A DNA stretch of 64,000 bases, from positions 22,914-86,913 of the IMG/VR virus record IMGVR_UViG_3300032334_002236; one strand, written 5' to 3'. Source of the DNA: a virus. Positions 55,117 through 64,000 of the stretch are shown piece after piece. The notes below the pieces were generated by a model. It was not told the DNA's origin, ran no database searches, and saw nothing but the letters and a program-made list of their open reading frames with translations. Each line of letters opens with the position of its first letter. The stretch's first letter is position 1. The translations under genes were made by a program, and so were the position numbers.

Positions 55117-56316
55117 ATGACACAAGAACTACTTGAAGGACGTTGGAACGAGACCAAGTCAGCCCTGTTGGAAGGACTCACTGGTAACCGTAAAAACACA
55201 ATGTCAATGGTATTGGAAAATACCAAGAAGTACCTGGCAGAAAACGCATCAGCTGGTGCAACTTCTGTTGGTAATATCGCTACCCTAAACCGTGTGATCC
55301 TCCCAGTGATCCGCCGTGTTATGCCCACAGTTATCGCCAACGAAATTGTAGGTGTTCAACCAATGACCGGTCCAGTTGCTCAGATCCACACTCTACGTGT
55401 TCGTTATGCAGATAACTTCACAAGCTCAGCAAATGGCCAACCTGGCACAGATGCTACCTCAGGCGACGAAGCATTGAGCCCATTCAAGATTGCTAGCGGT
55501 TACTCCGGTACTGCTACAGGTGTCACAAGCACCGATGGCAGAGCAGGATGGACAAGTTCAATGGAAGGTACTCCTGGACGTCGTTTGAACGTGCAGATCC
55601 TGAAACAACCAGTAGAAGCAAAGACCCGCAAGCTGTCAGCTCGTTGGACTTTCGAAGCTGCTCAGGACGCACAGGCAATGCATGGCCTGGACATTGAAGC
55701 CGAAATCATGGCTGCACTGGCACAGGAAATCACTGCTGAAATCGATCAGGAAATTCTTTACAGCCTGCGTTCACTGGCTGCTAACGAATTCACCTTCAAC
55801 CAGGCTACAGTATCTGGTACTGCAACATTCGTTGGTGACGAACATGCCGCTCTGGCAGTTCTGATCAACCGTGCTGCTAACTTGATCGCACAGCGTACAC
55901 GTCGTGGCGCTGGTAACTGGGCTGTTGTAAGTTCAGCTGCTCTGACAGTATTGCAGAGTGCTACAACTTCAGCATTTGCTCGTACAACTGAAGGTGCTTT
56001 TGAAGCTCCAACAAACACTAAGTTCGTTGGTACACTCAATGGCGCGATGCGCATCTATGTCGACAGCTATGCTGATGACACTGTGCCAGTTCTAGTTGGT
56101 TACAAAGGCTCAAGCGAAGCAGACGCAGCAGCGTTCTACTGCCCATACATCCCACTGATGTCAAGCGGTGTTATCCTTGATCCTGCTACCTTTGAACCAG
56201 TTGTTGGCTTCATGACACGTTATGGTTATGTAGAACTTACCAACACTGCAAGTTCATTCGGTAACGCAGCCGATTACTTGTCAGAAATCACTGTGAGTAA
56301 TTTGAGTTTTCAATGA
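55117..56316 (+). CDS. gp23: Major capsid protein gp23-like
   Basis: RRVMP..IA..IVGVQPMTGP, V.AKTRKL.ARWT.E.AQD..AMHG.D.E.E, FYCPYIPL, F.P..GFMTRYG. ATG 55117 with GGAG RBS. Confidence 0.98.
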   Translation: MTQELLEGRWNETKSALLEGLTGNRKNTMSMVLENTKKYLAENASAGATSVGNIATLNRVILPVIRRVMPTVIANEIVGVQPMTGPVAQIHTLRVRYADNFTSSANGQPGTDATSGDEALSPFKIASGYSGTATGVTSTDGRAGWTSSMEGTPGRRLNVQILKQPVEAKTRKLSARWTFEAAQDAQAMHGLDIEAEIMAALAQEITAEIDQEILYSLRSLAANEFTFNQATVSGTATFVGDEHAALAVLINRAANLIAQRTRRGAGNWAVVSSAALTVLQSATTSAFARTTEGAFEAPTNTKFVGTLNGAMRIYVDSYADDTVPVLVGYKGSSEADAAAFYCPYIPLMSSGVILDPATFEPVVGFMTRYGYVELTNTASSFGNAADYLSEITVSNLSFQ

Positions 56317-56335
56317 TTTATCATTAAAAACAAAT

Positions 56336-56362
56336 AAAAAGGGGCAGAAATGCCCCTTTTTT
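56336..56362. terminator. Bidirectional Rho-independent terminator after MCP
   Basis: AAAAAGGGGCA-GAAA-TGCCCCTTTTTT. Confidence 0.9.
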
Positions 56363-56389
56363 ATTGGATAAAATATTACTGGAAAGTAA

Positions 56390-56581
56390 AGATCTGTAGC
56401 ATTAATAGGTAAAAAGAAAAACCAAAATAGTTCTGTTAAAAAATCAGAAACATTAAAAAATTTAGCTGCCTCTGGAAAACATCATAGTATGATAAAATTA
56501 ATATGTCCGCATTGCGGAACAACTATGCAAAAACTGTTGTATGCACGTTATCACGGTGATCGTTGTAAATTAGCAAAATAG
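56390..56581 (+). pseudogene. Remnant C-terminus of a homing endonuclease (NUMOD3-like repeats plus CPHC..H...C finger)
   Basis: RSVALIGKKKNQNSSVKKSETLKNLAASGKHHSMIKLICPHCGTTMQKLLYARYHGDRCKLAK*. Preceded by an in-frame TAA, no catalytic domain, AT-rich. Confidence 0.65.
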
Positions 56582-56603
56582 AAAGCGGCTTAAGCCGCTT
56601 TCT
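56580..56603. terminator. Perfect 24-bp palindrome, likely convergent terminator
   Basis: AGAAAGCGGCTTAAGCCGCTTTCT between converging stop codons. Confidence 0.75.
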
Positions 56604-56704
56604 TAAAAGTATCTGGGAATACGTCCTGTGCGTATCATCTCTTCCACTTGGCGTTCTCTGGATTTGATCAAGAAATTCCAAATGCTCATTAATACAGCAA
56701 TCAT
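56603..56704 (-). CDS. 33-aa small protein
   Basis: MIAVLMSIWNFLIKSRERQVEEMIRTGRIPRYF*; AGGGA RBS; ATGA overlap. Confidence 0.55.
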   Translation of the reverse strand: MIAVLMSIWNFLIKSRERQVEEMIRTGRIPRYF

Positions 56705-56778
56705 ACTGATTTCCCTATTACAAGATTGTGATACAGATTTTCTACAGCATCTGTGAGTAGGAATACTAATGTAATCAT
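56701..56778 (-). CDS. 25-aa small ORF
   Basis: MITLVFLLTDAVENLYHNLVIGKSV*; ATGA overlaps at both ends. Confidence 0.4.
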   Translation of the reverse strand: MITLVFLLTDAVENLYHNLVIGKSV

Positions 56779-56963
56779 TGTGTTACGGTATCCCCAAACT
56801 TTGTAATGCTGTGCTTGCGAGCAACAAACTCGATGTCACAACGGTGGATGCCCAGATCGTTGAGATCACGGTCTGTCAGACGGTTTAGTTCATATACTGT
56901 GGTACGATATTCTTTCCAACGCTTGAATGCTCTGGAAACAGTTGCGATAAGTGTAATTAGCAT
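56775..56963 (-). CDS. DUF1127 (YjiS-like) small protein
   Basis: RWKEYRTTVYELNRLTDRDLNDLGIHRCDI signature; AAGGAG RBS. Confidence 0.9.
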   Translation of the reverse strand: MLITLIATVSRAFKRWKEYRTTVYELNRLTDRDLNDLGIHRCDIEFVARKHSITKFGDTVTQ

Positions 56964-56986
56964 GGCTCTCTCCTTTGTTATGCTTT

Positions 56987-57016
56987 ATTATACAATAGTA
57001 TTTATATGCAGCGCAA
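56987..57016 (-). promoter_or_regulatory. Sigma70-type promoter (TTGCGC-18-TATAAT) with a nested ATAAATA
   Basis: -10 at 56992-56987, -35 at 57016-57011, late-type motif at 57005-56999. Confidence 0.5.
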
Positions 57017-57102
57017 CATATTTTTATTGCTCCGCACAAATAGCTGGTATGCAGATAAAAATACCAGAAAAACAGGTAAATATGACACATCCTGGAGCAA
57101 GC

Positions 57103-58470
57103 ATGCTACGCCGCTATTTTGGTAAAATAAGTCCATTACAAATTGGAAATCTAGTAGGTCACAATGGTGAATTAGTGATCGATGAACTCAATAATACCAT
57201 GCACATCATGGATGGTGTCACTCCTGGTGGTCACAAGATGTTCATAGACGGCGTCAATACCAACCAACCTGTGAATCCCAATCCTGGCAGCATGTGGTAT
57301 GACGATCAGAGTGGTCGAGTGTTTATCTATTATGGTAACACCTGGGTCGATGCTAATCCTGGCTTAAGAGGTGATGTGGGACCCACTGGGCCTGCTGGTG
57401 GTCCTACAGGTAGCAGAGGGCCTACTGGTCCCGCTGGCGGCCCTACAGGTCCCGTTGGACCCACTGGAGCATCTGCACAAAATAACCGAATATCCAATGG
57501 CAATTTACAAGTAACATTAGATTCTAGTGGCACATTGAATACTCCGTTACTGTTGCCCAGGATCTTCACAGCAACATTAGACACAGCACATTGCACATCC
57601 AGTCCTGGTGGAACGTTCACCAGCGAGCCTTGGTATTATGAGGTGCATTTTGTTTGTACCCAAGGCGGTATAGTGGAAATACAGATCGATGGTAATCGAG
57701 TATGGAATATGTTACCAAACTATCCTGACGGCAGCACATTTGATTTTACTGAAGCAGATCACGGAATTCCAAATTACACATTAACTATCACAGTAGTCAG
57801 GACCATAAACACAGGTCCATCAGGTTGGGCTGCAGAACTTGCTGTTACCCAAGGTCCAGTATATCCGTCAACTATTAGATCTTTAGGTGCAATCAAAATC
57901 ACATCTTATGCTAATAGTTGGACCTTTGGTACTAATGGTATCCTAACATCACCTCCAGGAAGTGACATACGTGATGCCATGTCTAACATCAGTGTATTGA
58001 AAACCCGCATAGGCGATACATATGCATCAGGTGCGTTCCAACAATTATCTATTGCACGTGACGAAGGAAAATTAATCACAGTGGGTGGTGGCAACGGTGT
58101 CTTTAGATTACCCAGATTGTATGCAAGTTTATTAGGTGCAGAATTCGAATTTTATTTTTCAGGTGATGCTGGACAGATCCATATACAGAGTTATTATACT
58201 GGTGTGAGGGAAACCACTGATGTATTCAGAGGGTCCATATATGTGGGCGTGGATAATGCCACTACTGGCAAGCTGCACAAAGCAACTGCCACCACTTCCA
58301 CAGCTTGTGATCTATTCCTGGGACAGCATCATGCCAAAGCTGGCAGCTATGTCAAAGTCAAAGCTATCGCATTTGATACAGTAGGCACATGGCTATTCCA
58401 AGGCATGTGCATAGGTGATACTGGCCAAACGCCAAACAGCTCAGATCATCCCTTCCAAGATTATAATTGA
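57103..58470 (+). CDS. Fibre protein with Mtd_N-like N-terminus and short collagen tract
   Basis: Start reassigned to ATG 57103 (GGAG RBS, TAAATA at 57077). GELVID...[28 protein letters not shown] tract. Confidence 0.8.
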   Translation: MLRRYFGKISPLQIGNLVGHNGELVIDELNNTMHIMDGVTPGGHKMFIDGVNTNQPVNPNPGSMWYDDQSGRVFIYYGNTWVDANPGLRGDVGPTGPAGGPTGSRGPTGPAGGPTGPVGPTGASAQNNRISNGNLQVTLDSSGTLNTPLLLPRIFTATLDTAHCTSSPGGTFTSEPWYYEVHFVCTQGGIVEIQIDGNRVWNMLPNYPDGSTFDFTEADHGIPNYTLTITVVRTINTGPSGWAAELAVTQGPVYPSTIRSLGAIKITSYANSWTFGTNGILTSPPGSDIRDAMSNISVLKTRIGDTYASGAFQQLSIARDEGKLITVGGGNGVFRLPRLYASLLGAEFEFYFSGDAGQIHIQSYYTGVRETTDVFRGSIYVGVDNATTGKLHKATATTSTACDLFLGQHHAKAGSYVKVKAIAFDTVGTWLFQGMCIGDTGQTPNSSDHPFQDYN

Positions 58471-58540
58471 TGTGATTTTTTACTTACTCATAGCTGCCAA
58501 GGATATATCAGGTTAAATATACCATATAGGAACAAAAAAC

Positions 58541-59629
58541 ATGGCTTTGCATTTTCCATTTCCAGCAGTAAACGGTGATATCTATCCTGCGGAGAATGGT
58601 GTCACATACACCTACGATGGCACCAAATGGGTTGGATCGGGTACAGCTACGGTTAACAATGTGAGTGAATTAAATCGTGGTGAAAGCCAGCTGTTGTTGA
58701 ATGCCAATGGCAGTGTGCAATTCCCAAATTATCTTTTCCCTGCTACAGATGGCTCATACAATCAAATATTGAATACTGATGGCCAAGGCATGCTGTCATG
58801 GAACGATATCGTAGCTGATAATGGTACTGGTACTGGTAATATTGCGTTTGATGGATCCATAATAAGTTCCATTACTGATGACAATATCCAGCTAACCACT
58901 AACAACAAGACATGGACCTTTGGCACAGATGGTATCATAAACTTACCCAATAACAATGGCCAAATAGGACAACTGGAATCACCATACACTGGTCTAGAAT
59001 TTAGAACAGGATCAGGGGCAGACTGGATTGGTATAAGCTATGGTGAAATTAATGATAACAACACCAGCTATTTCTATTTTGATAAAGATGGCTCAGATTA
59101 CTTAACTGCCAATCATCAGGCTCATCTACAAATTAAGAATACTGCACATGACGGACATGTTGAATGGCTGTTTGAATCCAATGGTGCATTAACACTTCCA
59201 CAAGGCACTACGCTTGGTATCAATGACTCTACGGATGGATTTATTATTGATGGTGCAGCAGACAAAGATATCTCAATCTATACATACGGTAGTTCTACTG
59301 CTTACGGATGGACCTTTGACATCGACGGTGATCTCAAAGTACCCCAGGAGATCCGTAACCCACAAGGTCACAGGGCCATCTGGAGCAACGAAGTTCCGCG
59401 TGATATCAGTGACCTGACAGACAACAGCATGTTGCTGGGCATGAGTAGCAGCACATTGGACATCAATATAGATGGTGGTGGTGCATATGCCACCTATGAG
59501 GGCACACTGGTACGTGCAGATGGCGGGTTCAGCGGCACACGATGGGGCGTGAACACCACAGTGTTTGACGGCGGCTCAGGTGCTGCTAGCGCGGGATATA
59601 CAATGACATTGAACGGCGGCGGAGCATAA
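58541..59629 (+). CDS. Fibre / virion accessory protein
   Basis: MAL.FP....GD.Y...G.TYTYDGTKW N-terminus, repeated W.F...G.L.LP units, C-terminal DGG repeats; late promoter at 58514. Confidence 0.75.
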   Translation: MALHFPFPAVNGDIYPAENGVTYTYDGTKWVGSGTATVNNVSELNRGESQLLLNANGSVQFPNYLFPATDGSYNQILNTDGQGMLSWNDIVADNGTGTGNIAFDGSIISSITDDNIQLTTNNKTWTFGTDGIINLPNNNGQIGQLESPYTGLEFRTGSGADWIGISYGEINDNNTSYFYFDKDGSDYLTANHQAHLQIKNTAHDGHVEWLFESNGALTLPQGTTLGINDSTDGFIIDGAADKDISIYTYGSSTAYGWTFDIDGDLKVPQEIRNPQGHRAIWSNEVPRDISDLTDNSMLLGMSSSTLDINIDGGGAYATYEGTLVRADGGFSGTRWGVNTTVFDGGSGAASAGYTMTLNGGGA

Positions 59630-59630
59630 T

Positions 59631-60779
59631 ATGGCCAACAAGATACAATTACGTAGAGATACAGCTGACAACTGGGACAGAGTTAACCCCATATTGGATG
59701 ATGGTGAACCAGGGTTAAACATCACAACTAATCAAATAAAGTACGGTGATGGCAACACTACCTGGCGTGATCTAGCATATGCCAGTGGTGGTGGTTTTAC
59801 AGATGTAGAAGGCGTAGTGACTTTTCCAGGAGACCTATTGATAGGCACGCTATGGCCAAATGACCCAGTTATTGGGCCAACTGGACCAAGTGGACCAAGT
59901 GGCGATAAAGAAAGTGTCGTATGGGCCAAAGATGATACAGAATATCTAGGACTATGGTGGGGCGGTGATCAGATTTATCCATCTGAGGGATACGGTCCAG
60001 TGGCTGGTATCATGATCGGGTCCGACGAAGAAAATAGCATGACCGATGATTTTATCGAGAACGCAAGTCCGGTAGGAACAAACATCACCTTCGGCATAAA
60101 CGATTCCTCAGGTTTTACAAACGAATGGCGTTTTGATAGGGATGGCACGACAACATTTCCCACTGGCGGACGCATCGGTACTACTAAAGGCGGCACGATG
60201 CTAGATGGTGGCTTTGGCTTTGATACCAGTCTAACGACTTATTATGCTAACACAAATTATGCTGCCTGTGTCACAGGTTTCTCATCTACCGGTAGCCTGG
60301 GTATTACAACATACAAGGACGGCGGAGTAAATCCATCCAGGACCTGGACATTCGACAACGATGGTAACCTAACATTACCACCCAGCGGCGATATACTAAT
60401 AGATGGCGGTACCAACAGTGCCATACGCGATCTCATACAGAATGATGTTCATACAGGTGCTGCTGATTATACCTTAGTGTTGAGTGATCGTGGTAAGATG
60501 ATTTATCAGACTGGAGGATATTCTGTTATGGTTCCTAATGTGCAGGTTGCCTTTCCAGTAGGCACTGTGATAACCGTAGTCAACTCAGGTGGCGCTGGCG
60601 ATCTTAGCATTACTGCCGATGACGGCGGCGCCGATACCGATATCTACGGTGCCGGCACTGATACAAACTCCAGTAGTTGGGCGTTGCCCAGCAACAGCAT
60701 CGCAACTATACTAAAAGTGGAAGCAAGCAGCGTATATGCTAAATGGTTGCTCAGTGGCACTGGCATATATGCGATTTAA
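59631..60779 (+). CDS. Fibre protein with major-tropism-determinant-type N-terminal domain
   Basis: IQLRRDTA.NW...NPIL.DGEPG....T.QIKYGDG.T.W..L.Y; C-terminal YTL.LSD.GK...FPVGT.I...W.LSG.G domain. Confidence 0.8.
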   Translation: MANKIQLRRDTADNWDRVNPILDDGEPGLNITTNQIKYGDGNTTWRDLAYASGGGFTDVEGVVTFPGDLLIGTLWPNDPVIGPTGPSGPSGDKESVVWAKDDTEYLGLWWGGDQIYPSEGYGPVAGIMIGSDEENSMTDDFIENASPVGTNITFGINDSSGFTNEWRFDRDGTTTFPTGGRIGTTKGGTMLDGGFGFDTSLTTYYANTNYAACVTGFSSTGSLGITTYKDGGVNPSRTWTFDNDGNLTLPPSGDILIDGGTNSAIRDLIQNDVHTGAADYTLVLSDRGKMIYQTGGYSVMVPNVQVAFPVGTVITVVNSGGAGDLSITADDGGADTDIYGAGTDTNSSSWALPSNSIATILKVEASSVYAKWLLSGTGIYAI

Positions 60780-60787
60780 GGTGTAAT

Positions 60788-63700
60788 ATGGCAATAGTCC
60801 AAGCAGCAATCGTAGGTAGTTCAGTAGGTAGTTCCATATACCCTCCTCCAAGGGTGGATGCCAGACCATCAAATAATTGGACTGGAATGATACAATCTTC
60901 AAGTCCTACAATATACAATGATAGGAAATACATATCATATGATGGTGATATCCAATATGCTGTAAGTGTGGGGCTCGCTGCAGGACAAGATTATTCACTA
61001 GAGTTTTATATCAGAACTAGTGGTGACAATGGAGTCATAGTTTCTGATAATGATTCAGTTGGATATCATCAGTCTTTGTTGGAAATCGTTGCTGGTAATC
61101 TAACAGTGGGATACTACATCGGTGCAGGCGGCCCTGCCCTTCAAACATCAAACCCAGTGATCGAGGATTTCTGGCAACATTATGTCTGTACCTATGTCCA
61201 TGGCGGCGCATTAAAACTTTATATTAACGGTATTCTCGAAAGTGATAACACTGGTTACACTAGTGCGGCCAAGTTAGGGGCCGCTGGCCAGTTAGTGTTT
61301 TTCAAAGCAGAAACTACCAATCTCGGCGGTGGCACAGCCCTTGTTGTTGATTTTAGAGAGTTTAGACTATGGGATCAGGTTCTTACAGATCATCAAGTGC
61401 TTCAACAGTATAACAGCACACGCAGTCGTTATCCAATGATCATCACGCCAGAATTCCGTGAAGCAATCGCAGATGCTGGGCCTAATAGTCTGTATGGTTA
61501 TATTCCAGGCAATGTCATTGCAACTTGTAATGAAGGTGATTTTGTATGGCTTAACGTGAAATGGCAAAACGTCCCTTACCAGACTGCTGCTAATATATTG
61601 ATCAACGGAACTGGTATAACTGCTGGTGATGTCGGTATACTTGGCGCCACAGTTGGTACTGAAGCAAGTGTGGGACAGATAGCAACATCGGAATCACTTG
61701 ATACTTACGGAGAAGGACTAAGTGGTCCAATAGCTATATTAGCCGACCACACAACTGAAGGTACTGAATCATTAAAATACCACATCAAGATACCTGCACG
61801 TAATCGTGATTATGTTGCTAGTTTGACTATTGTCGATACCAGCCTAAATCCCACATACTTGCTAGAAACAGCAGGACCTGCGCTCAATGTTGACGAAGGT
61901 AATGAAATAACCTTTAATGTGACTACTACTGATGTTGATGACGGCACTACACTATGGTGGACTACTGGTGTTAGTGGTGGAAATATGCAATTTGGAAGAC
62001 TTTCATCTACTGCTGGTTCACTTACTATAACTGGTGGAGCAGCAAGTTTCAGTATCACGGTTAGCGCAGACGATCAAACAAGCCCAAATCAACAGTATTT
62101 CCTTGCTAAACTGTATAAGAATGCGCCAAGCGGCCAACCTGGTGCTGTAAAGGTTGCTGAGATCAGTATAGATGTAAACGATACCAGCCTGACCAGACCA
62201 CAGTGGACTAACGGTGATGCTACTGCTTCAGGGCTAAGTGTAAGTTATAGATACTACAAGTTTAACATAACCAAAGTAAGAAATTTAAGTACTGCTACTA
62301 ATAATACACAGATCAGCGAGTTGATAATACTCAATGGCAGCACAAGACTAACGGGCGGTACTGCTACTAATCCCAATGGTAGCCAGGTCTCCGCAGGCGA
62401 AGCTCCAGCTAAGATTCTCGACGGATATTACGATACTAAATGGTGCGATCTTTCTTTTGTTTCCAACAGCAATACATCAACACTGATAATCGACTATACC
62501 ACAGCACAGACATCCAATGGATTTACATTCGCAACTGCTAACGACTATGAGGGGAGAGATCCTGTTAGATGGACTTTCGAAGGCAGCAACAACGGATCAA
62601 CTTGGACTGTAATACACGAACAGTTTGCTGATGCTACTATTACCACAAGCAGAAACACACTTGTGAGCACTGTGTTTAACTATCCAACACACGGCAGTGC
62701 TGTGATAAATCAACCACAGAACGATTACCTAAAAGTTGGAAGCACTTATTGGATAATAACCTCTATAGGTGGCGGTCTGTATGGCCAAAGTGCCGGAACT
62801 ACGATAACAATAACAGACACATCAGGCAACTATTACTATCCCACACTACATGACAATGCCAATGGTACTACATTTGCAGTGAATAAAGTTGACGGTATGC
62901 CGCAGCCTGCGTATGGATGGCGTTGGGGCGCCTCTGAAGGATTTAATGGTTTCCTTATCGGCAGCTCTTCAGATCCCAGCGATTTTTCCCTCAACCTTGG
63001 AACAACTTGGACTGTTGAGTTCTGGATCTATATGAACAGTGGGTCAAGCGTCGCTGCGAATCAGCAAGGCGGTATCTGGGGAGTATTGAACCAGGGCGGT
63101 TGGGCTACTACAGACAGCATAAACATCGCGTTGAGCGGAGGTTATCTACAGATAAACCAAGGTAACAACACTGCTTATTACAACAAGCTCGTCTATGAAC
63201 CTACACCACTACAGTGGGTTCATGTTGCTATAGTCAATAACGCAGGAGCCAACAAGGTATACTACAACGGTATAGAGCAGGTTCCAGTAGCTAATGTCGG
63301 TAGCCAAGACTACACCGCAAGCTGGACCAATAGCACGAAACCATTATTCATAGGATGTCTAGGTCGTAGTGACAATGACGGTACCGGCGGCAGCAGCTTC
63401 GACGGCAAGATCACTAACCTACGCATAACGAATACCGCAGAATATGCTGCTAATTTCTATCCACCTACTACATTGCCAACAAAGATTTCCGGAACTAAGT
63501 TATTGTGGAACCCAACTGATCAAGCACTAACAACAGACACCGGCAATAGCGCAGTAACTATAACCAACAACGGTGCTACATTTAGCACTAGCTACCCAGC
63601 AACTAATAGCACACGTGGTAGCGCAGTATTCAATGGTTCGACAAATCGCTATTACAAGGTTCCAGGCGGAAGCCACTTACAACTGGGAACTACTTGGACC

Positions 63701-64000
63701 ATCGAATGGTGGCAGAAGTCTACAGCCTTAACAGCCGGTAATGGCAATTTATATGCGGTTATGGGCCAAGCACCAGACGGTGGCCGCATTGACATATACT
63801 ATCAAGACGGTAACTTGAAGGTACAGAATGGCCAGACGCTGTGTGCTGAGCCTGCGACAGATGTATGGGTACATGTAGCCTTAGTCAACAATGCTGGAGT
63901 AGGCACGGTCTATTATGACGGTGTCGCACAGAGTGCTTCTGGAAACTTTGGCAACTACGGTCAGACGCAGGATCTCTACATCGGTAAGCGCGGAAACAAC
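60788..64000 (+). CDS. Multi-lectin virion protein (LamG/ConA-like x3, Calx-beta-like, F5/8C-like), 3' end outside window
   Basis: Absent from the ORF track, consistent with no stop in the window; ATG 60788. W.H...Y...LYING, WTVEFWI..WVHVAIV..YYNG and WTIEWW..WVHVALV motifs; DG..DTKW...P..W.FEGSN.G..W. Confidence 0.85.
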   Translation, partial: MAIVQAAIVGSSVGSSIYPPPRVDARPSNNWTGMIQSSSPTIYNDRKYISYDGDIQYAVSVGLAAGQDYSLEFYIRTSGDNGVIVSDNDSVGYHQSLLEIVAGNLTVGYYIGAGGPALQTSNPVIEDFWQHYVCTYVHGGALKLYINGILESDNTGYTSAAKLGAAGQLVFFKAETTNLGGGTALVVDFREFRLWDQVLTDHQVLQQYNSTRSRYPMIITPEFREAIADAGPNSLYGYIPGNVIATCNEGDFVWLNVKWQNVPYQTAANILINGTGITAGDVGILGATVGTEASVGQIATSESLDTYGEGLSGPIAILADHTTEGTESLKYHIKIPARNRDYVASLTIVDTSLNPTYLLETAGPALNVDEGNEITFNVTTTDVDDGTTLWWTTGVSGGNMQFGRLSSTAGSLTITGGAASFSITVSADDQTSPNQQYFLAKLYKNAPSGQPGAVKVAEISIDVNDTSLTRPQWTNGDATASGLSVSYRYYKFNITKVRNLSTATNNTQISELIILNGSTRLTGGTATNPNGSQVSAGEAPAKILDGYYDTKWCDLSFVSNSNTSTLIIDYTTAQTSNGFTFATANDYEGRDPVRWTFEGSNNGSTWTVIHEQFADATITTSRNTLVSTVFNYPTHGSAVINQPQNDYLKVGSTYWIITSIGGGLYGQSAGTTITITDTSGNYYYPTLHDNANGTTFAVNKVDGMPQPAYGWRWGASEGFNGFLIGSSSDPSDFSLNLGTTWTVEFWIYMNSGSSVAANQQGGIWGVLNQGGWATTDSINIALSGGYLQINQGNNTAYYNKLVYEPTPLQWVHVAIVNNAGANKVYYNGIEQVPVANVGSQDYTASWTNSTKPLFIGCLGRSDNDGTGGSSFDGKITNLRITNTAEYAANFYPPTTLPTKISGTKLLWNPTDQALTTDTGNSAVTITNNGATFSTSYPATNSTRGSAVFNGSTNRYYKVPGGSHLQLGTTWTIEWWQKSTALTAGNGNLYAVMGQAPDGGRIDIYYQDGNLKVQNGQTLCAEPATDVWVHVALVNNAGVGTVYYDGVAQSASGNFGNYGQTQDLYIGKRGNN

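Noticed and set aside
56806-57102. N-terminal 99 aa of the 554-aa ORF call
   Set aside because: Overlaps the antisense DUF1127 gene and its promoter; the better start is ATG 57103 with RBS and late promoter

Overview
This window is part of a large lytic dsDNA myovirus genome (T4-superfamily-like, probably jumbo; standard genetic code). It is almost entirely the virion morphogenesis region. Positions 1-41.2 kb (minus strand) hold a >2548-aa collagen-like fibre that runs off the left edge, a set of tail-fibre and virion proteins, a 4806-aa giant baseplate protein, and gp6-, gp25-, gp5-, hub- and gp53-like baseplate genes. Positions 41.2-45.5 kb (plus) hold a gp55-like late sigma factor, gp47/gp46 (Mre11/Rad50-like) and a PD-(D/E)xK resolvase. 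Each of these four genes has a -10 box placed for leaderless mRNA. A ~430-bp non-coding, highly structured element follows. Next come a gp26/gp51-like pair apparently joined by a -1 frameshift, the tape measure, portal, protease, scaffold and major capsid genes, a small accessory island (decayed homing endonuclease, DUF1127 micro-operon) and further fibre/lectin genes running off the right edge. T4-type late promoters (TAAATA) precede most structural genes. The most unusual signals are the structured element at 45.5-45.9 kb, the predicted frameshift at 46.13 kb and two flagellin-like domains at the C-terminus of the giant baseplate protein. All family assignments come from motif recognition by eye; no database searches were run.
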